The notes below the pieces were generated by a model. It searched no databases. It was not told where the DNA came from and worked only from the letters and a program-made list of their open reading frames with translations. A stretch of 64,000 nucleotides of DNA from Octopus vulgaris (Eukaryota). Shown here piece by piece: positions 1-10,841 of the stretch. Both the position numbers and the translations under genes were made by a program. The stretch spans positions 7,316,001 through 7,380,000 of the forward strand of contig CATOCA020000001.1 in the NCBI GenBank assembly GCA_951406725.2, written 5' to 3'. Every line of letters begins with the position of its first letter. The stretch's first letter is position 1.

Positions 1-1249
1 GTGTAAGTGTTCAAGTACTCGTCGGTCACTCAGCAAAACCTCTGTCTCGACGAAATTCCTGGTCAGTGCTGAAGAAAGAGAAGACAAAATTGGCGGAGGA
101 GACTAAGATCGTTACAAGTGCTAAACCACACTGCATCGCTCTGAACTGTGTAACATCGTGCTACACAGCGCTGCACCACACCTCGAATGGCAGATCGTTT
201 CTTATACAAAAAGAGACGCATTAAATGGCAGTGGAATGGCTTCTCTAGAAAGCACGTTCCAGCAAACAGCATTTCGAGTCGTGTGTAAGAGATCGCTTTT
301 GTCTCGTTCTTTTCGAATGAGAGGGAAATAAAGAAATATTATCACCCAAGATGGTAAAGCTGTTTTTATATTTAGTGAGGATGAGAGAGAAATACGTTTA
401 AACAGAGGAAACTGGGATTCAAGGTTTTGACAAATATAACAATTATTAAGGACCATCTGGATGCTGTACAAAGGAACTCGTCTACGAACAAACGGTGGAT
501 GTCAATACTCTGAAATTATTGAAATAACTCAAGAAGTTATCTACTTAAACAAGAAAATATTAAATGAAATCTCGGCAGGAACAAAAGGTTTATGTTTTCT
601 GGGGTGAAGCTACACAAGATTCTGTGAATATATGTCATTCATCTGATAATGTAATCAAAGAATGTTTAATGGAAGTGTGTGATGTAGAACGTGCAATCGG
701 CTGAGGGACAGAGGAAATGATCTTACTTTTATAGGTAAGACAGGACTAACCGATAAAAAACAAGCTGTCAGTTCTAAGATGGCGTTGCTAAAATGAATGG
801 AGTTATTGAGGAGTTTCAGTTTCGAATTCTCCTTTCTACAATGTAAAATATTTGTATGTTCACTGACATTCACTCAACTCTCTGGCAGAAAATCCAGCTG
901 TATCATATTGAATCACGAGGGTTTGGTAAATCTCGCCGCAATACAGCCAGGTACCGTCTGACTTTTCTGGATTCCCTGGTAAACGAAATATACAGGGAAA
1001 CTAGTGACCCCCAGCTCAGTATGACCCCCTTCTGTAAATATCTGTCTATATAATTCTTTTTCAGCAGAATGTAGGAGGGTCGACTCAAACGCAATGACAA
1101 AGTGAATCTTGCTCTTCACACAGAGCAAGAAGATGACTCTAAATAATTTGATAAACTCGGCCCCTCTCCTCCTAGGAAGGTCTGTTAGGCTAATCTTTTC
1201 AATCCCTTCCGTTTCATTGAACTATTTCCTAATTTCTACCATAAGCACG

Positions 1250-1490
1250 TGGAGGGGCATAATCGATTATATCGACACTGGAATGCGACCGAGGCGTTAT
1301 TTTATGATCTGCAGATGGATGAAAGATGAAACAAACTTGAGCAGGTTTAAATTTAAAACATTATGTCAACACCGAAAAGATGAAAGCTGGAGATGACCTC
1401 GGCAGAATTTGAACTCAGAAAGTACAGACGGATTAAATGCTGTTCAGCATTTTGTCCGGCGTGTTAACGACTCTACCAGTTCACCGCCTT
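1250..1490 (-). mobile_element. Degenerate CORE-type SINE fragments (left arm only)
   Basis: ccgaaaagatgaaagc...gacctcggcagaatttgaactcagaa resembles the reverse complement of the SINE at 56715-56915. Confidence 0.6.
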
Positions 1491-1559
1491 TCTGAGGTAA
1501 TTAATTTTGTCAAATGTTTTCGCATTGTAAAAAAAAATCTCGTTAGCGAGTTTGGTTGG

Positions 1560-2253
1560 CTGAAAGTGAAAGAAGGAAACCAACACAGAAGCAGAGAAAG
1601 AAAGAAATAAAGAAAGAGAGAAAGAAAGATAAGAAAGAAAGGACGGAAGAATGGAAGGAAGAAGGAAAGAAAGGAAGGAAGAAGGTAAGAAAGAAAGAAA
1701 GACGGACAGGAAGAAAGAGAGAAAGGAAGAAAGAAAGAAAGAAAGAAAGGAAGAAAGAAAGAAAGAAATAAAGAAAGAAAGAACGACTGAAAGACTGAAA
1801 GGAAGAAAGAAAGACTGAAAGAAAGAAAGAAAGGAAGAAAGAAAGAAAGGAAGGAAGAAAGAAAGAAAGGAGGGAAGAAAGGAAGAAAGAAAGAAAGAAA
1901 GGAAGGAAGAAAGAAAGAAAGGAAGGAAGAAAGAAAGAAAGGAAGAAAGAAAGAAAGGAAGGAAGAAAGAAAGGAAGAAGAAAGAAAGGAAGAAAGAAAG
2001 AAAGAAAGAAAGGAAGGAAGAAAGAAAGAAAGAAAGGAAAGAAAGAAAGAAAGAAAGAGAAAGAAAGAAAGGAAGGAAGAAAGAAAGAAATAAAGAAAGG
2101 AAGAAAGAAAGGAAGAAAGGAAGAAAGAAAGAAAGAAAGGAAGAAAGAAAGGAAGGAAGGAAGAAAGAAAGAAAGAAAGAGAAATGAAGGAAGAAAGAAA
2201 GAAAAAGAGAAAGGAGAGATAGATAGAAATGAAGAATGAAAGAAAGAAAGAAA

Positions 2254-2306
<53 letters not shown>

Positions 2307-2646
2307 GAAGAAAGAAAGAAAGAAAGAAAGAGAGAAAGAAAGAAAGGAAGGAAGAAAGAAAGAAATAAAGAAAGGAAGAAAGAAAGGAAGAATGGAAGAA
2401 AGAAAGAAAGGAAGAAAGAAAGGAAGGAAGGAAGAAAGAAAGAATGAAGAGAAGAAAGGAAGAAAGAAAGAAAAAAGAAAGGAAAGAAGAAAGAAAGAAA
2501 GGAAGGAAGAAAGAAAGAAAGAAAGAAGAAAGAAAGAAAGAAAGAAAGGAAGAAAGAAAGAAAGAAAGAAAGAAGGAAGAAAGAAAGAAAGGAAGAAAGA
2601 AAGAAAGAAGAAGAAAGAAAGAAAGAAAGAAAGGAAGAAGGAAGAA

Positions 2647-2690
<44 letters not shown>

Positions 2691-2721
2691 GAAGAAAGAA
2701 AGAAAGAAAGAAAGAAAGAGA

Positions 2722-2770
<49 letters not shown>

Positions 2771-3920
2771 AGAAAGAAAGAAAGAAAGAGAAGAAAGAAA
2801 GAAAGAAAGAAAAAGGAAGAAAGAAAGAAAGGAAGAAAGAAAGAAAGAAAGAAAGAAAGGAAGAAAGAAAGAAAGAAAGAAAGAAAGGAAGAAAGTATGA
2901 AAGAAAGAAAGAAAGGAAGAAAGAAAAGAAGAAAGACAGAAAGAAAGAAAGAAATGGAGAAGGAAAGGAGGAAAGAGAAAAAGAGGAAAAGAAAGGAAGA
3001 AAGAAAGAAAGAAAGAAAGAAAGGAAGGAAAGAAAGAAAGGGAAGAAAGAAATGTGGAATGAAACAAATGGAGAAAAAAGAGGGAAGGAAAGAAAGCAAG
3101 AAAGAAAGAAAGAAACATAGAAAAAAAGATTGGAAGAAAGAATGAAAGAAAGGAAGGAGGAAAGAAAGGAAGAGAGAAAGAAAGAAAGGAGAAAGAAAGA
3201 AAGAAGAAGGTGAGAAATAAATAACTAAAGAAAGAAAGAAAGAACGCTGGAAAGAGAGAAAGAAAGAAAGACAGAATTTAAAAAAATGGTGAAGGAAAGG
3301 AGGAAAGAACGAAAGAAGAAAGAGGAAAGAAATAAATGAAAAAGAAAGAAAGAAAGGAGAAAGAAAGTGGAAAGTAATAAATAAATAAAGAAGAAAGAAG
3401 GAGGGAAAGAAAGAAAGAAAGAAGAAAGATAAAAAGAGAAGAAAGAAAGAAAGAAAGGAAGAAAGAAAAAGAAAAAAGAAGGAAGAAAGAAAGAAAGAAA
3501 GGAAGAAAGAAAGAAAGAAAGAAAGGAAGAAAGAAAGAAAGAAAGAATGAAAGGAAGGAAGAAAGAAAGACAGAATGAAAGAAACAAAGAAGGAAACTAA
3601 GAAAGAGAGAAAAATGACAGACAGAAAGAAAGAAAGAAAGGAAAAAGGAAAGAAAGAAAGAAAGAAAGACTGAAAGGAAGAAAGAAAGACGGAGAGGAAG
3701 AAAGAAAGAAAGAAAGGAAGAAAGAAAGAAAGACTGAAACGAAGAAAGAAAGAAAGAAAGAAAGGAAGGAAGAAAGAAAGGAAGAAAGAAAGAAAGGAAG
3801 AAAGGAAGGAACAAAGCAAGAAAGGAACAAAGAAAGAAAGGAAGAAAGGAAGAAAGAAAGAGAGGAAGAAAGAAAGAAAGGAAGAAAGAAAGAAAGGGAG
3901 AAAGAAAGAAAGAAAAAAGT

Positions 3921-3971
<51 letters not shown>

Positions 3972-4106
3972 GAAGAAAGAAAGAAAGAAAGAAAGGAAGA
4001 AAGAAAGAAAGGAAGAAAGAAAGAAAGAAAGAAAGGAAGAAAGAAAGAGAGAAGAAAGAAAGAAAGAAAGAAAGAAAGAAGAAAGAAAGAAAGAAGAAAG
4101 AAAGGA

Positions 4107-4185
<79 letters not shown>

Positions 4186-4209
4186 AAAAGAAAGAAAGGA
4201 AGAAAGAAA

Positions 4210-4258
<49 letters not shown>

Positions 4259-4333
4259 AAAGAAAGAAAGAAATGAAAGAAAGAAGAAAGAAAGAAAGAA
4301 AGGAAAGAAAGAAAGAAAGAAAGAAAGAAAGAA

Positions 4334-4381
<48 letters not shown>

Positions 4382-4385
4382 AGGA

Positions 4386-4421
<36 letters not shown>

Positions 4422-4581
4422 AAAAAGAAAGAAAGAAAGAAAGAAAGAAAGAATGAAAGAAAGGAAAAAGAAAGAAAGAAAGGAAGAAAGGAAAGAAAGG
4501 AAAGAAAGAAAGAAAGGAAGAAAGAAAGAAAGAAAGGAAAGAAAGAAAGAAAGGAAGAAAGAAAGGAAAGAAAGAAAGAAA

Positions 4582-4638
<57 letters not shown>

Positions 4639-4652
4639 GAAAAAGGAAGAAA

Positions 4653-4717
<65 letters not shown>

Positions 4718-4746
4718 GAAGAAAGAAAGAAAGAAAGAAAGAGAAA

Positions 4747-4778
<32 letters not shown>

Positions 4779-4800
4779 AAGAAAGAAAAAGAGGAAGAAA

Positions 4801-4833
<33 letters not shown>

Positions 4834-4893
4834 GAAGAAAGAAAGGTAGAAAGAAAGAAAGAAAGAAAGAAAGGAAAAAAAGAAAGACAGAAA

Positions 4894-4934
<41 letters not shown>

Positions 4935-4969
4935 GAAGAAAGAAAGAAAGAAAGGAAGAAAGGAAGAAA

Positions 4970-5026
<57 letters not shown>

Positions 5027-5028
5027 GA

Positions 5029-5120
<92 letters not shown>

Positions 5121-5182
5121 ATGAAAGAAAGGAAGAAAGAAAGAAAGAAAGGAAGAAAGGAAGAAAGAAAGAAAGACTGACA

Positions 5183-5219
<37 letters not shown>

Positions 5220-5250
5220 GAAGAAAGAAAGAAAGAAAGAAAGAAAGAGA

Positions 5251-5288
<38 letters not shown>

Positions 5289-5314
5289 ATGAAAGAAAGG
5301 AAGAAAGAAAGAAA

Positions 5315-5359
<45 letters not shown>

Positions 5360-5402
5360 GAAGAAAGGAAGGAAGGAAGAAAGAAAGAAAGAATGAAAGA
5401 AA

Positions 5403-5455
<53 letters not shown>

Positions 5456-5538
5456 GAAGAAAGAAAGAAAGAAAGGAAGAAAGAAAGAAAGAATGAAAGA
5501 AAGGAAGAAAGAAAGAAAGGAAGAAAGAAAGAAAGAAA

Positions 5539-5583
<45 letters not shown>

Positions 5584-6473
5584 GAAGAAAGAAAGAATGA
5601 AAGAAAGGAAGAAAGAAAGGAAGAAAAAAAGAAAGGTGGAAAGAAAGAAAGAAAGAAAGGTAGAAAGAAAGAAAGAAAGAAAAGAAGAAAGAAGGAAAGG
5701 AAGGAAGAAAGAAAGAAAGAATGAAAGAAAGGAAGAAAGAAAGAAAGAAAGGAAGAAAGGAAGAAAGGAAGAAAGAAAGAGAGGAAGAAAGAAAGAAATG
5801 TAGAAAGAAAGAAAGAAAGGAAGAAAGAAAGGATGGAAGAAAGAAAGAAAGAAAGGAAGAAAGAAAGAAAGGAAGAAAGAAAGAAAGAAAGAAAGAAAGG
5901 AAGAATGAAAGAAAGGAAGAAAGAAAGAAAGTAAGACAGAAAGGAAGAAAGAAAGGAAGAAGGAATGAAGGAAAGAAAGAAAGAAAGAAAGGAAGAAAGA
6001 AAGACAGAAAGAAAGGAAGAAAGAAAGAACGAAGGATAGAAAGAAAGAAAGAAAGGAAGAAAGTATGAAAGAAAGAAAGAAAGAATGATTGAAAAGAAGA
6101 AAGACAGATTGAAAGAAAGAAATGGAGACGGAAAGGAGTAAAGAAAGATAGAGAAAAAGAGGGAAAGAAAGGAAGGAAGAAGAGAGAGAGAACGGGAGAA
6201 AGGGAGAAAGGGAGAAAGAAAGGTGGAAAGTAATAAAGAAATAAAGAAAGAAGCAAATAAAGAGGGAAAGAAAGATAAGAAGAAAGATAAAAATTTAGAA
6301 CGAAAGACAGAAAGAAAGGAAGAAATAAATGTAAAAAAGACAGAAGAAAGAAAGAGAGAAAGGAAGAGAGAAATAAAGGAGAAAGAAAGAAAGAAAGAAA
6401 AAAGAAAGGAAAGGAAGAAATACAAAATGAAAGAAACAAAGAAGTAAACTAAGAAAGAGAGAAAATGACAGAC

Positions 6474-6506
<33 letters not shown>

Positions 6507-6554
6507 GAAGGAAAGAAAGAAAGGCTGAAAGGAAGAAAGAAAGAAAGACGGAGA

Positions 6555-6599
<45 letters not shown>

Positions 6600-6660
6600 G
6601 AAGGAAGAAAGGAAGAGTGAAAGGAAGGAATAGAGACAAAAATAAAGGAAGAAAGAAAGG
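1560..6660 (+). repeat. ~5-kb (GAAA/GGAA)n polypurine tract; mirror about 49160-53673
   Basis: Almost pure A/G on the plus strand; source of the FLSF/KERK pseudo-ORFs. Confidence 0.97.
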
Positions 6661-7147
6661 TGAAGTGATTCTGCAATGGAGGAGGAGGTGAGAGAGGGAG
6701 AAAGAGGAAGAAGGAGAGGAAGAGAGAAAGAGCGAAATAGAAGAAAACGTTTTGAGTAGAGATGGAAAGTTTGAGTTGAGAGACGAAGAGAAAAAGGCGA
6801 AGTGTTAATATATAGAGGGGGAAGAGAGAGGGAGAGAAGGAGAGAGAGAGAAGGAGAAGGAGAGAGAAAACATGAGGAAGAACTAGATGGGGAGAGAGAG
6901 AGAGAGAGAGAATCAGATATTCACAGAGACATACAGACAAAGGGAGAGAGAGAAAGGGATGTGAGAGAGAGAAATGAAGATGGCAGAGAGGGGGAGAGGG
7001 AGAGAGAGAGAAAGAGAGAGGGAGAGAAAGAAAGAGAGAAATAGAAGTGAGAAAGGGAGTGAAATATAAGATTTGCATGAAAGGGAAAGTATGAGGCAAG
7101 AGTGAAAGTAAAAGAGGGGGAGTGATAGGATATTAAGTAATGCAGCG

Positions 7148-7186
<39 letters not shown>

Positions 7187-7392
7187 ACTGATATATATAT
7201 GTTTGTTGAGGGAGGGGGAGGATGAGGTGAGCGATATTGCAAGGGAGGCGGAGTGGTTAAAATAAATAAATAACGAGTTACTGAGAGGAAGGAGAGAAAG
7301 AGGGACAAGTGAGAGATAGAAAAGGTGAAAGAGAGGGAGAGTGAGAACAAGTGAGAGGAAGCATATAATGAGGGGGGAGGGAGGGACAGATA

Positions 7393-7430
<38 letters not shown>

Positions 7431-7803
7431 TGATGGCGAACGAATAAATATATTAATAGAGGAAGAGTAAGAGGTAATAAAGAAAGTAAAAGGGGCGGAG
7501 ACTTATTGGATTATATAATGAGGTGGGAGTGTTAGAGAGAGAGAAAGGGCGTTGTCTTAAGCGAGGGAGAGTGAGAGGTGAGGAATATTGGAGTGGGAGG
7601 AAACAAGACAGACGAACCAAGGGTAGTAACTCTTCTTGCATCCCTTTTTGCTTTCAACTGTATTACTTTCCGTTGTGTTAAATAAAATCTGTTTTACTGC
7701 GCAGACTCTGAAGATATCCAATTAGAATTCAATGAAAATAAGAGATCGAACTATTTAGAAAACATTATCAATAAATATCGAACACTTCTACACATAACAT
7801 ATA

Positions 7804-8180
7804 GGCGCAGGAGTGGCTGTGTGGTAAGTAGCTTGCTAACCAACCACACGGTTGCGGGTTCAGTCCCACTGCGTGGCATCTTGGGCAAGTGTCTTCTGCT
7901 ATAGCCCCGGGCCGACCAAAGCCTTGTGAGTGGATTTGGTAGACGGAAACTGAAAGAAGCCTGTCGTATATATGTATATATATGTATGTGTGTGTGTGTT
8001 TTTGTGTCTGTGTTTGTCCCCCTAGCATTGCTTGACAACCGATGCTGGTGTATTTAGGTCCCCGTCACTTAGCGGTTCGGCAAAAAGAGACCGATAGAAT
8101 AAGTACTTAAAGGTGGTGCTCCAGCATGGCCGCAGTCAAATGACTGAAACAAGTAAAAGAGTAAAAGAGAGAGTAAAGAG
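7804..8180 (+). mobile_element. tRNA-derived SINE family 1; mirror about 47615-47995
   Basis: Head ggcgcaggagtggctgtgtggtaag (A-box-like) and gggttcagtccc (B-box-like); tail gactgaaacaagtaaaagagtaaaag; many copies in the window. Confidence 0.85.
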
Positions 8181-8850
8181 TATAACTGATTCGTTTGACT
8201 TTTGACATTTAGAATTTCACCTTTTTACACTTCCGGTTCTTACTCTTTAATTCCCTCTTTTCTGCAATCTGCACAAGACCTCTGGAACTGCTAGATATCA
8301 CAGCCAAAGCTCACATAAGGAATGATAAACTATCAAGCTTCATTATTATTTTATAGACGCTACATCAAATATCCTTTTTTATATGAAACAACATCGCAGA
8401 TCCGATGTCCCTTGGTTGATGTTTCTCGAAGGATGCGAGACATTATAGAAGAGAGTTTCTTTTATAAATTCATCGTAACTGCCTTTCATTTATATAAAAA
8501 ATGAAGGATTAGACTCTGAGGATATGAAGTCCCTTGTTTTGTGTTTGGGGCTGACTACAACCCCCTCTTAAAGTGCCTTTCAATTTTCTATCAAAAGCAA
8601 CGCATATCTTCGTGTACTTGGTGGTTATTTCTAGCGTGATGGGAAATTATTTAGAGGACAATTCTTTTCATAAATGTTTCATAAATTTTCAATGATTGAA
8701 CTATTTAATTACTTCAATTATGAATTACACATTAATTATGTAATTAATCATTAGTTACATGATTTATTTGTTTCTACTCAACAAAAACTAGAGACAAAAA
8801 AATTAAGGCAAAGTTGAAAATATAATTTATTAGAAAGAAAGTAGCGTCTC

Positions 8851-9037
8851 AGAAATAAAAAGAAAGGAAGATGGAAAGGGTAAGATATAATGAGGAAGAA
8901 AGCGGAAGGGAAAGAAAGAAAGAACGAAAGAAAGAAAGAAAGAAAGAAAGAAAGGAAAAAGAAATAAAAAGAAAGGAAGATGGAAAGGGTAAGATATAAT
9001 GAGGAAGAAAGCGGAAGGGAAAGAAATAAAGAACGAG

Positions 9038-9068
<31 letters not shown>

Positions 9069-9142
9069 AATAAAAAGAAAGGAAGATGGAAAGGGTAAGA
9101 TATAATGAGGAAGAAAGCGGAAGGGAAAGAAAGAAAGAACGA

Positions 9143-9174
<32 letters not shown>

Positions 9175-9175
9175 A
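8851..9175 (+). repeat. ~110-bp purine-rich tandem repeat, 3 copies; mirror about 46625-46940
   Basis: Unit gaaataaaaagaaaggaagatggaaagggtaagatataatgaggaagaaagcggaaggg recurs at about 8851, 8960 and 9065. Confidence 0.85.
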
Positions 9176-9939
9176 GAGAGAGTGACACATAAGGAAACGA
9201 CATTATCGTATAATGTGCAAGGAGAGAGAGAGAGAGAGAGAGAGAAAGATAGAAAGAGAGAGAGAGGAAAAGAAAGAGAAAGTGAAACCTACGGAATCGG
9301 CATTAATGTATAATGTGCAAAGAGAGAGAAAGAGAGAAAAGGGTGTGAGACATAGAAATGAAGATGGCAGAGAGGGAGGGAGAGAGCGAGAGAGGGAGAG
9401 AGAGAGGGACAGAAATAGAAAGGCAGAAGGAGAGAGACAGAAAGAGAAAGAGACAGACAGACAGACAGAAAGAAAGACGGAACCAACATTAACGTATAAT
9501 ATGCAAAGAGAGAGAAAGAGAGTGAGAGACAGACAGACAGACAGACAGAGAGAGAGAGAGAGAAAGAAAAAGAAAAGAGAAGGAGAGAGACAGAATGAAA
9601 GAGAGAAAGAGAGTGAGAGACAGAAAGAGAGAGAGAGAAAGAAAGGAAGAGAGAAAAAGAGAGACAGATAGAGAGACAGAAAGAGAGACACAGAATGAAA
9701 GAAAGAGAGATACCAAAAGAGAAAGAGAAACAGAAAGAGAGATAGATAGATAGATAGAGAGAGAGAAAGAGAGAGAGAGAGACTGATATATATTTGAAGC
9801 AAGAGGAGAGAATGAGGTAATATAGAAAGGAAGGCGGAGGTGTGTTGAAAATGAGAGGCTGAGAGAAAGGAGACAAAGAGGGAGAAGATGATTGACGTGT
9901 TTTGGTAGACGGGAGAGAAAGGGAGGGAGAGAGAAAGAG

Positions 9940-10500
9940 AGAGAAAGAAGAGTGACAGAGTGATATAGAAAGATATATAGAGTAAGGGAGGGGGAGAGAG
10001 AGAGAAAGGACGACTGAGAGAGAGAGGATGGGAGGGAGAGAGAAAGAGAGAGAAAGAAGAGTGACGGAGTGATATTGAAAGTTATATAGAGTAAGGGAGG
10101 AGGAGAGAGAGAGAAAGGACGACTGAGAGAGAGAGAAAAAGAGGGAGAGAGAAAGAGAGGATGAGGTAAGAGAGAGAAAGAAGAGTGACAGAGTGATATA
10201 GAAAGATATATAGATTAAGGGAGGAGGAGAGAGAGAGAGGGAAAGGAGGACTGAGAGATAGAGGAAGGGAGGGAGAGTGAAAGAGAGCATGAGGCAAGAG
10301 AGAGAAAGAAGAGTGACAGAGTGATATAGAAAGATATATAGATTAAGGGAGGAGGAGAGAGAGAGAGAAAGGACGAATGGGAGAGAGAGGAAGGGAGGGA
10401 GAGAGAGAGAAAGAAGAGTGACGGAGTGATATAGAAAGATATATAGAGTAAGGGAGGGTGAGAGAGAAAGAGAGAGAAAGAACGACTGAGAGAGAGAGAG
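9940..10500 (+). repeat. ~120-bp GA-rich minisatellite, about 5 copies; mirror about 45290-45830
   Basis: Unit gagaaagaagagtgac(a/g)gagtgatatagaaagatatataga recurs five times. Confidence 0.8.
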
Positions 10501-10841
10501 GGGGATTGAAACAAAATGCTATATGTGTCTAGCAAGGTAGAGAACGGGGGCGGGGTTAAGACGGAAAAGAAGAGAGTGGGAGGATTCTGTAATAAATAAT
10601 GAGATGAGAGAATAGAAAGAGATATAGAGACAGAGAAAGAGGGAGCGAGAGAGAGAGAGAGAGGACGATGAATATATTTGCAAATAGAGGAAGGGTAGGA
10701 GGTAATAAATGAAATGGGTGGAGTCAAGGTGAATTATATAATTAGATGGGAGGAGCGAACGGTAAGGATAGTAACTCTTCTTGCATCCCTTTTTGCCTGA
10801 AACTGTATCAGGTTCTGTTTTGTGAAATAAAATCTGTGAAG

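Noticed and set aside
1481-7350. Very long F/L/S-rich and K/E/R-rich ORFs (up to 1099 aa, also at 49140-53873)
   Set aside because: Translations of stop-free (CTTT)n/(GAAA)n repeats, open in several frames at once.
8278-8456. Putative exons PLELLDITAKAHIRN and RYIKYPFLYE..., with donor-like GT present only in the right arm
   Set aside because: tgctagatatcacagcc matches a dispersed motif (gctagaaataacagcc at about 14958 and 16830; similar at 61292). The implied intron is only 32 nt and the joined frames hit stops.
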